The notes: generated from the letters alone by a model not told the origin. Shown: positions 25,691 to 36,374, numbered from the stretch's first letter. The stretch is 39,238 bases of DNA from a bacterium (GCA_046757025.1 JBHHXN010000029.1:1-39238), one strand, 5' to 3'. Program-made: numbers and translations.

Positions 25691-28486
25691 ATGCGAAAAT
25701 TCATATTTACTATTATGCCCGTGTTTCTGGTGCTGATGGCTGCATCTCTTTATTCCCAGGATCATCTGGTTATCAGCGAATTGGTAGTAACACCAACCAA
25801 TGGTGAGTATATCGAAATTTACAATCCAACCGGTGCAACCGTAGATCTGACAAACTACTATGTCACAGACGGAATATTCTCAGGCGATCCTCATCCCGAT
25901 TATGTGAATATAGTGGATAGCACCGACACCGCATTTGGTTTTGACTTTCTTGCACGATTCCCAGCCGGGGCTAGCATTGCGTCGAGTGAATATCAAATCA
26001 TTGCATTAAACAGCAATTTCAGCGTGCAATATGGTTTTGATCCCGACTACGAGATGAGCCCAAATGGGGTAGATGATGGCGACGCCGTTCCCGACATGTT
26101 GAACGGCGGTTCTGGAATCGGAAGCAATCCCGGCCTCAGCAACAGCGGTGAAGTCGTCATTTTATTCTGGTGGGACGGAATTAGTGATCTAGTTTCTGAC
26201 GTTGATATCGCCCTGTGGGGAGATAAAGCTGAAGGCGTCGATAAGACTGACGTCAAGAAAGACTCCAAAACAGACGCAGATGCCGATTCCACAACTTATG
26301 CCGCAGATACGCCCATCGCCAACCAGAGTGTCATCGCAGCCGGTTCCCACACATTCGGAAAATCCTGGCAAAGGCCCGATCCCAGCACCGAAGTGGGTGA
26401 AACCACCGCCGGCGGCAACGGCATCACGGGACATGACGAAACCAGCGAAGATTTGGCTTCGGCATTCGTGGAAGGCGCACCCAGTCCTGGAGCGGGGCTT
26501 TCTGTGGAAGTCACTTTCTGGATGAACACGGCCACGGTGCCAGACACGGTCACGCCCAACTCGTCTGTGCAAATTCGCGGCGGCACCCCGCCCCTGACCT
26601 GGGGCGATGACACCGGCGGCGTTTTGGAGCACGTGCAGGGCGACCTCTGGAAAAAATCACTCATGTTTCCGGCTGGCGCACAGGTGGACTACAAATTCAA
26701 CGTCCGCACCGACTTAACCGAAGGCGGCGACGGCTGGGAAAGCAACGTCAACACCGCCAACACCAACCGCAACCTCACGGTGCCTTTTGCTGACACCACC
26801 CTGCAGGTGCAGTTCTATAACACCACCACCGGCAACGACCCGCTGTTCCGGCCGTATCCGGAAACCGACTCCCTGGACGTCTATCTGCGGGTGAACATGC
26901 AGGGTTTTGCCAATTTCAACCCGGCAACCCAGTTTGTGGCTGTCAGAGGCGCTTTCCCGGAATCCGCTGGCTGGAGCACCAACATTCTGCTGACCCAGGA
27001 AACCGGCAGCGACAACGCCGGGCAGTTCAATTATCCTGCAGGACAATTCTGGTCGGGAGCGACCAAAATCGACCCTGCTGCGTTTAACGTCGGCGATACT
27101 CTGAAATACAAATTTGTCACCCTGAATGCGGCAGATCCGGGCGAAGCGGTGGTCAATTGGGAAGACAACATCAGCGACCGCATCTTCGTGGTGCCCACAA
27201 AAGACACCACCGTGGTCTGGGATTTCTTCGATAAACAAGCGCCCATTCGCGCCACCAACTCCGACACCGTGGACGTCACCTTCATGGTGGATATGACCCG
27301 CGCCATCAACTCCAGAGGCTTCACCCCCGGAGATACCGTGCGCGCACGTATCGGTTTCGCCGGCACCGCCAATGAAGGGCCCATCGATGTCGAACTCTTT
27401 AACCTCGAGGGCACCAGCTTCTGGACCGGCCGCGACACCATCGTCGCCACCATCGGCAGTATCCTCGAATACGATTATGTCATGGTCAAATTCGGACAAA
27501 TCATCCGTGAAAGCTTCTTCGATTTCGACTTTGTGCCTGAAGACGAAAGCCAGCAGGGCCGCGCCGAACGCCGAAGAGCCGATATCCCCACGGCTGCCTT
27601 CACTATCACCGACGACAGCCAGGATGAGTTCAGCCCGAGAAGACAACCGTTCTTCCCGAGCAATCAAACCCTCAGCCAGGACGTCCTGGTCACCTGGGAA
27701 GTCGATATGCGGCCCGCAATCTTTGAGCTGCTGTTCTCAAACCCAACCGATACCTTGTTTGATATTCAGGGCAACCGCGACATCTTCGACCCGGCCGACG
27801 TACTGGCCTCCGGCGTCTGGATCAACGGTCTTGCTACTGGCGGCTGGCAAACCTGGGGCGCCACACTCGAAGCCGATGATACCCGCAAAATGTACGACGA
27901 CGGCACCAACGGCGACGCCGTAGCCGGCGACTCCATCTTCACACGGCAAATTCTCTTCTCGCCGGACAGCATCGGTATCGGCTCCAAAGGCGTGGTGGGA
28001 CAGGTCTACAAATTCGGTATCCGCGGTGGCGATAACGAAGGCGGGTTCGGAAATAACCATGTCGCCAACATCGACGACAGCAATCCGACTTTTACCATTC
28101 GCACGCAATTCGGCAGCATCGACCCCAAAAAATACGACCACTGGGATTACACCAACCAGGTTCCAAATCCCACCAGCGTCGAGCTGATTTCGGACAATCT
28201 GCCCGCGACCTTTGAATTGCATCAGAATTATCCCAATCCATTCAACCCGGAAACCGCCATACGTTACGCCATTCCCAAAAGCGGCGAAGTACGGCTGACG
28301 GTTTACAATCTGTTAGGGCAAAAGGTGGCCACATTGGTGGATAAAAATCAGGTGGCCGGCTCCTATCTGGCAAAATGGAACGGTCAGAATGATGCGGGGA
28401 ATCTGGTATCAAGCGGGGTTTATATTTACAAAATCGAAGTGGGTAAAGACTTCGTGGATACCAGGAAAATGTTGTTTCTTAAATAA
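25691..28486 (+). CDS. T9SS type-A CTD protein: lamin-tail domain, tandem CBM20-like domains, choice-of-anchor X-like motif
   Basis: LVISEL..EYIEIYNPT..VDLTNY (LTD); repeated V.F.V.M...V.RG...W...W...YKF modules; MYDDGTNGDAVAGDSIF; LHQNYPNPFNPET.IRY..YNLLGQKV..W.G..SGVYIY CTD. Confidence 0.9.
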   Translation: MRKFIFTIMPVFLVLMAASLYSQDHLVISELVVTPTNGEYIEIYNPTGATVDLTNYYVTDGIFSGDPHPDYVNIVDSTDTAFGFDFLARFPAGASIASSEYQIIALNSNFSVQYGFDPDYEMSPNGVDDGDAVPDMLNGGSGIGSNPGLSNSGEVVILFWWDGISDLVSDVDIALWGDKAEGVDKTDVKKDSKTDADADSTTYAADTPIANQSVIAAGSHTFGKSWQRPDPSTEVGETTAGGNGITGHDETSEDLASAFVEGAPSPGAGLSVEVTFWMNTATVPDTVTPNSSVQIRGGTPPLTWGDDTGGVLEHVQGDLWKKSLMFPAGAQVDYKFNVRTDLTEGGDGWESNVNTANTNRNLTVPFADTTLQVQFYNTTTGNDPLFRPYPETDSLDVYLRVNMQGFANFNPATQFVAVRGAFPESAGWSTNILLTQETGSDNAGQFNYPAGQFWSGATKIDPAAFNVGDTLKYKFVTLNAADPGEAVVNWEDNISDRIFVVPTKDTTVVWDFFDKQAPIRATNSDTVDVTFMVDMTRAINSRGFTPGDTVRARIGFAGTANEGPIDVELFNLEGTSFWTGRDTIVATIGSILEYDYVMVKFGQIIRESFFDFDFVPEDESQQGRAERRRADIPTAAFTITDDSQDEFSPRRQPFFPSNQTLSQDVLVTWEVDMRPAIFELLFSNPTDTLFDIQGNRDIFDPADVLASGVWINGLATGGWQTWGATLEADDTRKMYDDGTNGDAVAGDSIFTRQILFSPDSIGIGSKGVVGQVYKFGIRGGDNEGGFGNNHVANIDDSNPTFTIRTQFGSIDPKKYDHWDYTNQVPNPTSVELISDNLPATFELHQNYPNPFNPETAIRYAIPKSGEVRLTVYNLLGQKVATLVDKNQVAGSYLAKWNGQNDAGNLVSSGVYIYKIEVGKDFVDTRKMLFLK

Positions 28487-28528
28487 TCCGGCTACCATTT
28501 TGGTAGAGAAAATCATGTTGACGTAATG

Positions 28529-28573
28529 CATTGGGCTGAATGGATGCAGATCTATTCAGCCCAATGTTTTTTT
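28529..28573 (+). terminator. Strong intrinsic terminator inside the locus
   Basis: 17-bp stem CATTGGGCTGAATGGAT-gcag-ATCTATTCAGCCCAATG (one G-U) followed by T7. Confidence 0.85.
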
Positions 28574-28621
28574 ATTCGGTTTTATTCTAATTAGGTTTGT
28601 GAACAATTTTATCTTGAATTA

Positions 28622-30436
28622 ATGTTGTTTATCATTTCAAAATTTAATTCACAGAAAGTTTTTATCTTTTTCGCGATGGTTTTCGTCTGTTCCCAATCTT
28701 CGGGACTAGCACAAGTTTCTTTATTTAAAGAAGTCACGGCCAGTGTCGGAGTCGCTGTAAAAGGCAATAACTGGGGAGTCGCGTTTGGCGATTTCAACAA
28801 CGACTCGCGCGAGGATATCCTGGTAACCCGCTTTGGACAGGGAAATTTGCTTTATAAAAATTCGGGCGACGGCCGCTTTGAGGAAATCAGTCAAATCACC
28901 GGCCTGGATATCAACCAAAAAAACGGTATGGCGGTTTGGGGCGATATCGACAACGACGGTCTGCTGGACCTGTATCTAGCCGGTATCGAGGAACCCAACC
29001 GGCTGTTCAAAAATACCGGCGCGGAGTCATTTACCGACATTAGCGAAACCGCCGGTGTCGCCGACTCTGGTAAAACCGAAGCCGTTGCATTCACCGATTT
29101 CAATTTAGACGGCCACCTCGACCTTTTTGTGTTCAATCGGGCTGCACAAAATCGCTTTTACCAAAACAAAGGCCAGTGGGTATTTGAAGACGTCAGCAAC
29201 CGCACCCACACCACGGGCCGGAGCAACGCCATGGGACTGGCGTTTACCGACTACGACAACGACGGCGATCAGGACCTCTACCTGGTGTACGACGGAAAAA
29301 TGGCCAACAACCTTTACCGCAACGACGGCGGCGTATTCACAGAAGTGGCGCAGCAAGCCGGAGTGGCGGTGCAGGCCGAAGGCATGGCACCGGCTTTTGG
29401 CGATTTCAACAACGACGGCTGGCTGGACCTCTACATCACCAACATGTTCGAAAATATCTTGTTTAAAAATAACGGGGACGGTACCTTTAAGAATGTCACC
29501 GAATCGGCCGGCGTGGGCGACACCGGCATGGGCTGGGGAGTGAGCTGGTTAGATTTCGACAACGACGGCTGGCTGGACCTGTACGTTGCCAACGCCAGCA
29601 GTTTCAACACGCCACCCGATCCCAACGTGCTCTATCACAACAACGGCGACGGCACGTTCAGCATGGTAAATGCGCAGGATCCCAGCAGTAGCCTGCTTTC
29701 CAGTTTTGGCGCCGCCACCGCCGACCTCAACCAGGACGGCTATCTCGATTTGTTCATTACCAATCAGGGCGCTGAAAATCAGCTCTTTCAAAATCTCGGC
29801 GGCGAGCATCATTGGCTGGCCATCAAGTTGATCGGTACCAGCAGCAATCGGGACGCCTTGGGAGCAAAAGTCGAGCTGCGTGCCGGCGACCTGACTCTGT
29901 ACCGCGAAGTCACCAGCGCCTGCGGTTGGGTGTCGCAAAACAGTCTGACTTTACATTTCGGACTGGCGCACAATACCTCTGTCGATGAAATTGAAATCAA
30001 ATGGCCTTCAAGAAAAATAGACTATTTTTATCAAATCCCTGCGGATCAAAAAATCATCATCCAGGAACATGTCGGCATCATAACGTCGGTAGGCGCCCAA
30101 AGAGCGATAACTGCAACATCAAAAGTGTTCAGTTTGAGCGCGGTTTACCCAAACCCTTTTACTGCTGAAAACCCTGCCGGGCAATTGGGTCAAACCGGCG
30201 TCACCATTCAATTCCGCGTACACGACACCACCACCAACATGACTACACTAACGATTTACAATCTTCTGGGCCAAAAGGTCAAAACACTATTAGCGGCCCC
30301 ACAAACGGCTGGTCAGTTTTCCGTAAAATGGAACGGTAAAAATGACCGGAAGCAGCTATTAAGCCCAGGAATGTATCTGGTGGTTTTGCGCAGAGGGGCG
30401 GAAATGCAATCCCGAAAAATTTTGTTGATGAAATGA
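28622..30436 (+). CDS. FG-GAP repeat / ASPIC-UnbV protein with T9SS-type CTD
   Basis: Seven D(F/Y/I/L)(N/D)xDx..D(L/I) blades, SNRDALGAKV..SQNS..LHFGL..W, C-terminal YPNPF..IYNLLGQKV..WNG..GMY. Confidence 0.92.
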   Translation: MLFIISKFNSQKVFIFFAMVFVCSQSSGLAQVSLFKEVTASVGVAVKGNNWGVAFGDFNNDSREDILVTRFGQGNLLYKNSGDGRFEEISQITGLDINQKNGMAVWGDIDNDGLLDLYLAGIEEPNRLFKNTGAESFTDISETAGVADSGKTEAVAFTDFNLDGHLDLFVFNRAAQNRFYQNKGQWVFEDVSNRTHTTGRSNAMGLAFTDYDNDGDQDLYLVYDGKMANNLYRNDGGVFTEVAQQAGVAVQAEGMAPAFGDFNNDGWLDLYITNMFENILFKNNGDGTFKNVTESAGVGDTGMGWGVSWLDFDNDGWLDLYVANASSFNTPPDPNVLYHNNGDGTFSMVNAQDPSSSLLSSFGAATADLNQDGYLDLFITNQGAENQLFQNLGGEHHWLAIKLIGTSSNRDALGAKVELRAGDLTLYREVTSACGWVSQNSLTLHFGLAHNTSVDEIEIKWPSRKIDYFYQIPADQKIIIQEHVGIITSVGAQRAITATSKVFSLSAVYPNPFTAENPAGQLGQTGVTIQFRVHDTTTNMTTLTIYNLLGQKVKTLLAAPQTAGQFSVKWNGKNDRKQLLSPGMYLVVLRRGAEMQSRKILLMK

Positions 30437-30690
30437 AAAAAACACTTAAAACATGAATGACTTTGTTTATAAAGTCGAAGAATCTTTCAACTTGAGTCCC
30501 GAAGTGAATTTGGGGAAAGGCGTAACCTGTTGTTTTTTCATCATCCATCGACTCCGCACAGGCGGAAGCGCATTTTTTCACGGTGAGTCTTGAAAAAAAT
30601 TCGGGAATCCATGAAAACTCTTTAACAATCGATCAAAACAGATTTTCAAGGAGTCATTCAAAATTAAATTTAATATCAATCTCTACAAGC

Positions 30691-32778
30691 ATGCAGCGAC
30701 TGACTCAAAAACAGAAAGCCTCCATCAAAAAAAATTATTCAGCCACTTCCGCGGCCGAATTTGCCCGTCGCTTCAAGGTAGATGAGCAGGTGGTAGCTAA
30801 ATACATCCAATCGCTATCGCCGCAGCTCAGTAAAAGCAAGCAAAGACTGTTTAAGCTCATCATGGTTTTATTGCCACTGGTGTTTTTGCTTTTGCTGGAG
30901 CTGGGATTGCGGGCGTTCCACTACGGTCCCAATTTGGATATTTTTGTGACCTTTGAAAACGATCCGAGATACCTGATCACTAATTTGAATGTCGGTAAAA
31001 GATATTTTTTCATCAAGCAGGTTTTGCCCGCCACCTCCTACGACGCGTTTCTGAAACATAAGCCAGAAAACGGTTACCGCATTTTTGTACTGGGCGGTTC
31101 GTCGGCGGCGGGTTACCCGTATTTGCACAACGGCGCTTTTTCCCGCATGCTCAAAACGCGGCTGGAAGACTTTTTCCCTGAGCGCTATTTTGAAGTCATC
31201 AATCTCGCCATGCCGGCGGTAAATTCGTACACCCTGCTCGATTTTGCAGACGAGCTGGTGGCGTACCAGCCCGATGCGTTTTTGATCTACGCCGGCCACA
31301 ACGAATTCTACGGCGCACTGGGTGTGGGCTCTACCGAAGCGCTGGGACAGTTCCGTTCGGTGGTCAACCTCTATCTCAAACTGCAGCATTTTAAAACGTT
31401 TTATCTGCTGCGCTCGTTCATCGGCTGGCTGAAAACACACCTGCCCGCGGGGCAAGGTCCGCCGCTACACAAAGACGCCACGCTCATGGAACGCATGGTT
31501 GGCCGCAGCCAGATCGAATTCGGCAGCACAGAATACAAAAAAGCCCGTGCTATTTTCAAGGCCAATTTGAAAAAGATCTTTGAAATCGCCCAAAAGCACC
31601 ATATCGAAACCGTCGTCAGCGACCTGGTGAGCAACATGCACGATCAGCCGCCGTTCGAATCCATTTACAAAGAGGGCCCGCAGCGGCTGCAATGGGACAA
31701 GCTTTTCCAAGCAGGCAAAAAAAAGCAGGCGCAGGGGCAATGGAGCCAAGCGCTGGCGTTTTACCAGCAGGCGGTGGAGCTGGACGACGGCGTGGCTATA
31801 TTGCACTATGAAATGGCTCGGTGTCTGGAAGCGGCAGGCGAGTTAGAACAGGCAAAAAAACGCTACTATCGCGCAAAAGACCTCGATGCCTTGCGCTTTC
31901 GCGCCAGCGAGGATTTTAACGACGCCATCCACGAAATCGCCGCAGCCATGAACGTACCGGTGATACCCATGAAAGCGTTGTTTGAATCCCACTCACCGAA
32001 CGGATTCATCGGCCGCAACCTGATGCTGGATCACCTGCATCCCAATTTGGAGGGATTTTTCGGTATGGCAAAAGCCTTTTCCCGGATGATGGAAGAAAAC
32101 GGGTTTATTGCGGCAAGCTGGGATTCCTCGAAGGCGAGATCGGATGCCGAGTACTGGCAGAACATCGACGTCACGCCCCTGGACCAGGAAGTGGCCAATT
32201 TGAAAATACAACTTTTGTTGGCCGGCTGGCCGTTTCAAGAAAAATTTGAACCGGACAAAATTCTGAACAAAGCGCCCGAAAACAAAGTTCAGGAGATCGC
32301 CCTTTCCATCATTCAGGATAAAAAAGCCTGGGATGTGGCGCATGTGGAATTGGCCGAATTTTATACTCGGAACGGCGACTTGGAAAAAGCGGCGCAGGAG
32401 TACAAAGCCCTGGTCAAAGGGACTCCGTACAACGTCTCGCCGTATCTCAGATTAGGCTTGAACTATCTCGAACAGCGAAAGTATCCCGAAGCACTAACGA
32501 TTTTCCAGCGCTCGCTCAAAATCGAAGAGAGCTCCATCGCTTACAAATGGATCGGTTCGATTTACGTCAACAAACGCAAACCGGCCACAGGCATTCCCTA
32601 TTTGCAAAAAGCGCTGGAGATAAATCGACGGGATCCGGAAGCGATTTACAACCTCAGCGTGGCTTTTGCCATGCACGGAGATTTTGAGCAGGCCAAATCA
32701 TACTGTCAGGAGCTCTTGCAAAGCAATCCCGATCATCCCGGCGTGAAAAAATTATGGGCTAAATTGAATTCAAATTAA
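30691..32778 (+). CDS. Membrane-anchored SGNH/GDSL-like hydrolase with TPR repeats
   Basis: Probable start ATG 30691; TM helix ending LLELGLR; VLGGSS, YAGHNE, DHLHPN; internal and C-terminal TPRs. Confidence 0.88.
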   Translation: MQRLTQKQKASIKKNYSATSAAEFARRFKVDEQVVAKYIQSLSPQLSKSKQRLFKLIMVLLPLVFLLLLELGLRAFHYGPNLDIFVTFENDPRYLITNLNVGKRYFFIKQVLPATSYDAFLKHKPENGYRIFVLGGSSAAGYPYLHNGAFSRMLKTRLEDFFPERYFEVINLAMPAVNSYTLLDFADELVAYQPDAFLIYAGHNEFYGALGVGSTEALGQFRSVVNLYLKLQHFKTFYLLRSFIGWLKTHLPAGQGPPLHKDATLMERMVGRSQIEFGSTEYKKARAIFKANLKKIFEIAQKHHIETVVSDLVSNMHDQPPFESIYKEGPQRLQWDKLFQAGKKKQAQGQWSQALAFYQQAVELDDGVAILHYEMARCLEAAGELEQAKKRYYRAKDLDALRFRASEDFNDAIHEIAAAMNVPVIPMKALFESHSPNGFIGRNLMLDHLHPNLEGFFGMAKAFSRMMEENGFIAASWDSSKARSDAEYWQNIDVTPLDQEVANLKIQLLLAGWPFQEKFEPDKILNKAPENKVQEIALSIIQDKKAWDVAHVELAEFYTRNGDLEKAAQEYKALVKGTPYNVSPYLRLGLNYLEQRKYPEALTIFQRSLKIEESSIAYKWIGSIYVNKRKPATGIPYLQKALEINRRDPEAIYNLSVAFAMHGDFEQAKSYCQELLQSNPDHPGVKKLWAKLNSN

Positions 32779-34245
32779 ATGCACCAAACAATCACCAGTC
32801 GAATTATAATTTTGTTTTTATGTCTGCTTTGCGGTTTCTCTTGCAAACAACAAGCAGACGAGTCTTTCGTGGCCAGAGTCGGCGGGCAATTGATCACCGT
32901 GGAGGAATTCAAAACCCGCTTTGCCCTGACGCCTTATTTCGGGCAATTTCCAGATGATCCGCAGGTGAAACTGTTGGCGCTGTCCTCTCTCATTGGGGAA
33001 AAACTTCTGTCACAAAAAGCCCAAGAGGGGCAGCTCCATAGCACTGACAAATTTCAGGCTTTTTCCAGGCAGATGGAAAAAGAAGCGCTTATCGAAGGCG
33101 TGCTCCACGATCTGTTTTCAGGAATTGAAATTTCAAACGAAGAGTTAAAAACAGCACACAAAAACTCCCAGCGCGCTTTGCAGGTTGAAGAGTGGGTTTT
33201 CGCCACCGCAGAACAAGCCCGCACCGCCAGAGTAAATTTGCTCAACCAGAAAAATCAGTCAAACTCAGATTTGCCAGAAAGCCGGATTTACCGCGTGAAA
33301 TGGGGAGACAGCGACTACGAAATCGAAGACATCCTGTGGAAATTGAAAACTGGTGAAATTTCCGAGCTGGTGCCGTTCCAAAATCATTTTTATCTTTTTC
33401 GAATTGCCGGCGACTTTCAGAATGAACAGATTCCCCCATTTCAGCAGGCGCGGCCGCAAATTCAAAGGATGCTTGAAAAACGAAAAAAAGAGCAAATTTA
33501 CCGGTACTTTTTTAAAAAATTGATGGTGGGCAAAAAAACGCACGTCCCTCCTGAAATCCTGAATTACATCGCCCAGCAGATGGAGCTGGCTCTGGACCTT
33601 CATGCTGCATCACTGGAAGATTCGCTGAAATTGAATCCCAAACTGCTGTCTGAAATGGATTATTTGCGAGTCGCACAAAAGCTCGATCAGCGTTTGCAGG
33701 AGAACTTCGTTACTTTTGACGACGGTTCGGTCTGGACGATTGGCGACTTTCTGCGCAACTTGCGCTACGGACCTTACCCACTGAACTATTCCAGCCGGGG
33801 CACGTTTAGGGCCAGCTTGCACAAAATGGCGGTGATGATGATGGAGCAGGAATACGTGGCCAAAGAAGGCTTGCGCAGAGGCTTGCAAAAATCTTTGGCG
33901 GTTAAACGGAAAGCGCAGATCTGGAAAGACAGCTTTTTAGCCGATCAGATGCGGCTGCAAATTATTCGCTCAAATCCAAAAAATGAACAACATCGGTCGA
34001 GCGCTTCTAACCAGGCCATGACTGCAGGCGGCATGGGGCTGGAAAGGTTAGACCGGTTTCTAACAGACGCACTACAGTCCAGACCTGTGCAGGTGAATCG
34101 GTCGTTGCTGGATTCGCTGCAGGTTAAAAGTTTGCAGGTGGTGGCCTTCAAGCGACATTTCCCCGGTCGGAAGGCGGCGCCGGATCTACTGCCCCTGGAC
34201 CAACTTCAAAGCTATTTTAGCGAATTTTATAAATTGGTAAAGTGA
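32779..34245 (+). CDS. PpiC/SurA-like (degenerate rotamase) lipoprotein
   Basis: Lipobox GFSC; VARVGGQLITVEEF; LKTGEISELV..FYLFRI; TAAATG junction with the upstream gene. Confidence 0.7.
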   Translation: MHQTITSRIIILFLCLLCGFSCKQQADESFVARVGGQLITVEEFKTRFALTPYFGQFPDDPQVKLLALSSLIGEKLLSQKAQEGQLHSTDKFQAFSRQMEKEALIEGVLHDLFSGIEISNEELKTAHKNSQRALQVEEWVFATAEQARTARVNLLNQKNQSNSDLPESRIYRVKWGDSDYEIEDILWKLKTGEISELVPFQNHFYLFRIAGDFQNEQIPPFQQARPQIQRMLEKRKKEQIYRYFFKKLMVGKKTHVPPEILNYIAQQMELALDLHAASLEDSLKLNPKLLSEMDYLRVAQKLDQRLQENFVTFDDGSVWTIGDFLRNLRYGPYPLNYSSRGTFRASLHKMAVMMMEQEYVAKEGLRRGLQKSLAVKRKAQIWKDSFLADQMRLQIIRSNPKNEQHRSSASNQAMTAGGMGLERLDRFLTDALQSRPVQVNRSLLDSLQVKSLQVVAFKRHFPGRKAAPDLLPLDQLQSYFSEFYKLVK

Positions 34246-34526
34246 GCATATTTTGAAACAGTCTGGAATTGACCTATTCGACCAGTGACCAAGTTTTACC
34301 GAAGTCGTTTTTCCAACGCAGAAGGGACACTTTCAACTCAATTTTTCTGTAAACAAAAAAGATGCTTCCAGCATGACAAGTCAAGGTGGCCATTCAAGCA
34401 ACTCCTTTTACGGTGGTTTTTGAAATTTTAATATTTGCAATTTGTATTTTGAAAGAGCAGAACACGTGACGACTTTACATTCAAACACGCATAAAAAAGT
34501 AACATTCATAACCGGACGGAGGAAAC

Positions 34527-36341
34527 ATGACATTTTTTGACTACAGTATCGTGATCTTGTATATCGCAGCCATGGTGTTCGTGGGACTCATCATGCAAAA
34601 ACGGGCATCCAAGGGCATCGACTCCTATTTCCTCGGCGGTCGAACTTTGCCCTGGTGGGTTCTGGGCGCTTCGGGCATGGCGTCCAATCTCGACGTCAGC
34701 GGTACCATGATCAACACCGCGTTTATCTTCGCCATGGGCGCCAGCGGCTTTTTTGTGGAAATTCGCGGCGGCGTCACGCTGATCATGGCCTTCCTGATGA
34801 TCTTCCAGGGTAAATGGAATCGCCGCGCCCAGGTGATGACCCAGGCGGAATGGATGCGTTTTCGATTTGGCTCAGGAACAGAAGGCAACGCAGCCCGGCT
34901 CATTGCGGTGCTTTCTAACATATTGACAACCATTGCCATGGTAACCTACTTTGCAGTTGGTTCAGGAAAATTTATCGGCGAATTTTTAGGTATTCCCGCG
35001 TTTGCAGGTCTGTCATCGCAATTCTGGGCCGCCACGCTCATGATCGTTCTGGCAATGATCTACACCGTGGCCAGCGGTCTTTACGGCGTGGTCTGGACCG
35101 ACGTTTTTCAAGGTCTGCTGATTTTTGGCACCATTATTTATATCTGCGTGATGGCGTTTACCAAAATCGTGCTGCCCGAATCTTTCCTGGTGTCGGTGCC
35201 CCTGCGAGAAGGCGGCTTTCAAGCCATCCAAACCACCAAGGAGGCCTGGACCAGCATCCTGCCCTCCTGGAACCTCCATTTCGACGCCGCGTCAACGTAT
35301 TCTATCTACAATATGTTTGGCATCGCCATATTGTTTTATTTGATCAAGGTCACCATCGAAGGCAGCGGCGGCACCAGTCAGTATATGATCCAGCGTTTTT
35401 TTGCTTCGCGCAGCGACCGCGAATCCGGATTGCTTTCGCTGTTCTGGACCGTTTTGCTGGCCTTTCGCTGGCCTTTTATCATGGCCATCGCCATGATGGG
35501 CGTGTACCTCGGCACCACCAACGGCGTCATCGACGATCCGGAAAAAGTGCTGCCGGTAGTGATCAACGAAATGGTGCCCATCGGCATCAAAGGCTTGCTG
35601 GTGGCAGGCTTGATGGCCGCGGCCATGTCCACGTTCGACTCAACCGTAAACGCCGGCGCCGCCTACTGGGTGAAAGATGTCTATCAGGCATACATCAATC
35701 CCAAAGCCAGCTCAAAGCAGCTCATGCGGCACAGCCGTTGGTCGTCCATTCTCATTGTGCTCATCGGTCTGCTATTCACTTTGATTATCAAAAATATTAA
35801 CGAGATTTGGGGCTGGATTACGATGAGCATGGGCGCGGGTCTGATCATTCCCATTTTAGCCAGATGGTACTGGTGGCGCATGAATGGCTACGGTTTTGCA
35901 GCCGGCACCTTGGCGGGGATGCTCGCAGCCATCATTCAAAGAGTCGTTATTCCTGATGTGCCAGAATATCTTTCTTTCACCATCGCCAGCGTTTCATCGT
36001 TAGTGGCCATGATCGTGGGCACCTACGCTTCAAGGCCTACCGACGATAGTGTGCTGCTTGAATTTTACAAAAAGACCCGGCCATTTGGATTCTGGGGACC
36101 GGTTCGCAATAAATTATCAGTAAACGTCAATGAGCAGATCGATCAGGAAAACCGTCGAGACAAGCTTTCCACACTGTTGGCCGTGCCCTGGCAGGTGGTC
36201 TTATTCCTGACCGGTATGGCTTTGATCATGAAAAGATGGGATCAATTTGGCTGGCTGTTGCTCGTCTTGACAGCTTTATCCGCCGGCCTTTATTTCAAAT
36301 GGTTCCGACATCTTTCAACCGAAGTGAAGATGGATGAGTAG
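34527..36341 (+). CDS. Sodium:solute symporter (probable sugar importer)
   Basis: YFLGGRTLPWW..G.S, SGLYGVVWTD..QG, GL.AAAMSTFDS, many TM helices; GGAGG SD. Confidence 0.95.
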   Translation: MTFFDYSIVILYIAAMVFVGLIMQKRASKGIDSYFLGGRTLPWWVLGASGMASNLDVSGTMINTAFIFAMGASGFFVEIRGGVTLIMAFLMIFQGKWNRRAQVMTQAEWMRFRFGSGTEGNAARLIAVLSNILTTIAMVTYFAVGSGKFIGEFLGIPAFAGLSSQFWAATLMIVLAMIYTVASGLYGVVWTDVFQGLLIFGTIIYICVMAFTKIVLPESFLVSVPLREGGFQAIQTTKEAWTSILPSWNLHFDAASTYSIYNMFGIAILFYLIKVTIEGSGGTSQYMIQRFFASRSDRESGLLSLFWTVLLAFRWPFIMAIAMMGVYLGTTNGVIDDPEKVLPVVINEMVPIGIKGLLVAGLMAAAMSTFDSTVNAGAAYWVKDVYQAYINPKASSKQLMRHSRWSSILIVLIGLLFTLIIKNINEIWGWITMSMGAGLIIPILARWYWWRMNGYGFAAGTLAGMLAAIIQRVVIPDVPEYLSFTIASVSSLVAMIVGTYASRPTDDSVLLEFYKKTRPFGFWGPVRNKLSVNVNEQIDQENRRDKLSTLLAVPWQVVLFLTGMALIMKRWDQFGWLLLVLTALSAGLYFKWFRHLSTEVKMDE

Positions 36342-36374
36342 GTTTAGATTCTCCTAAAATGATGAAGGCTTTTT

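Noticed and set aside
26714..27667. 317-aa minus-strand ORF (and the many other antisense or nested ORFs in the track)
   Set aside because: Antisense shadow of well-supported genes, expected from their codon bias; no motifs or RBS
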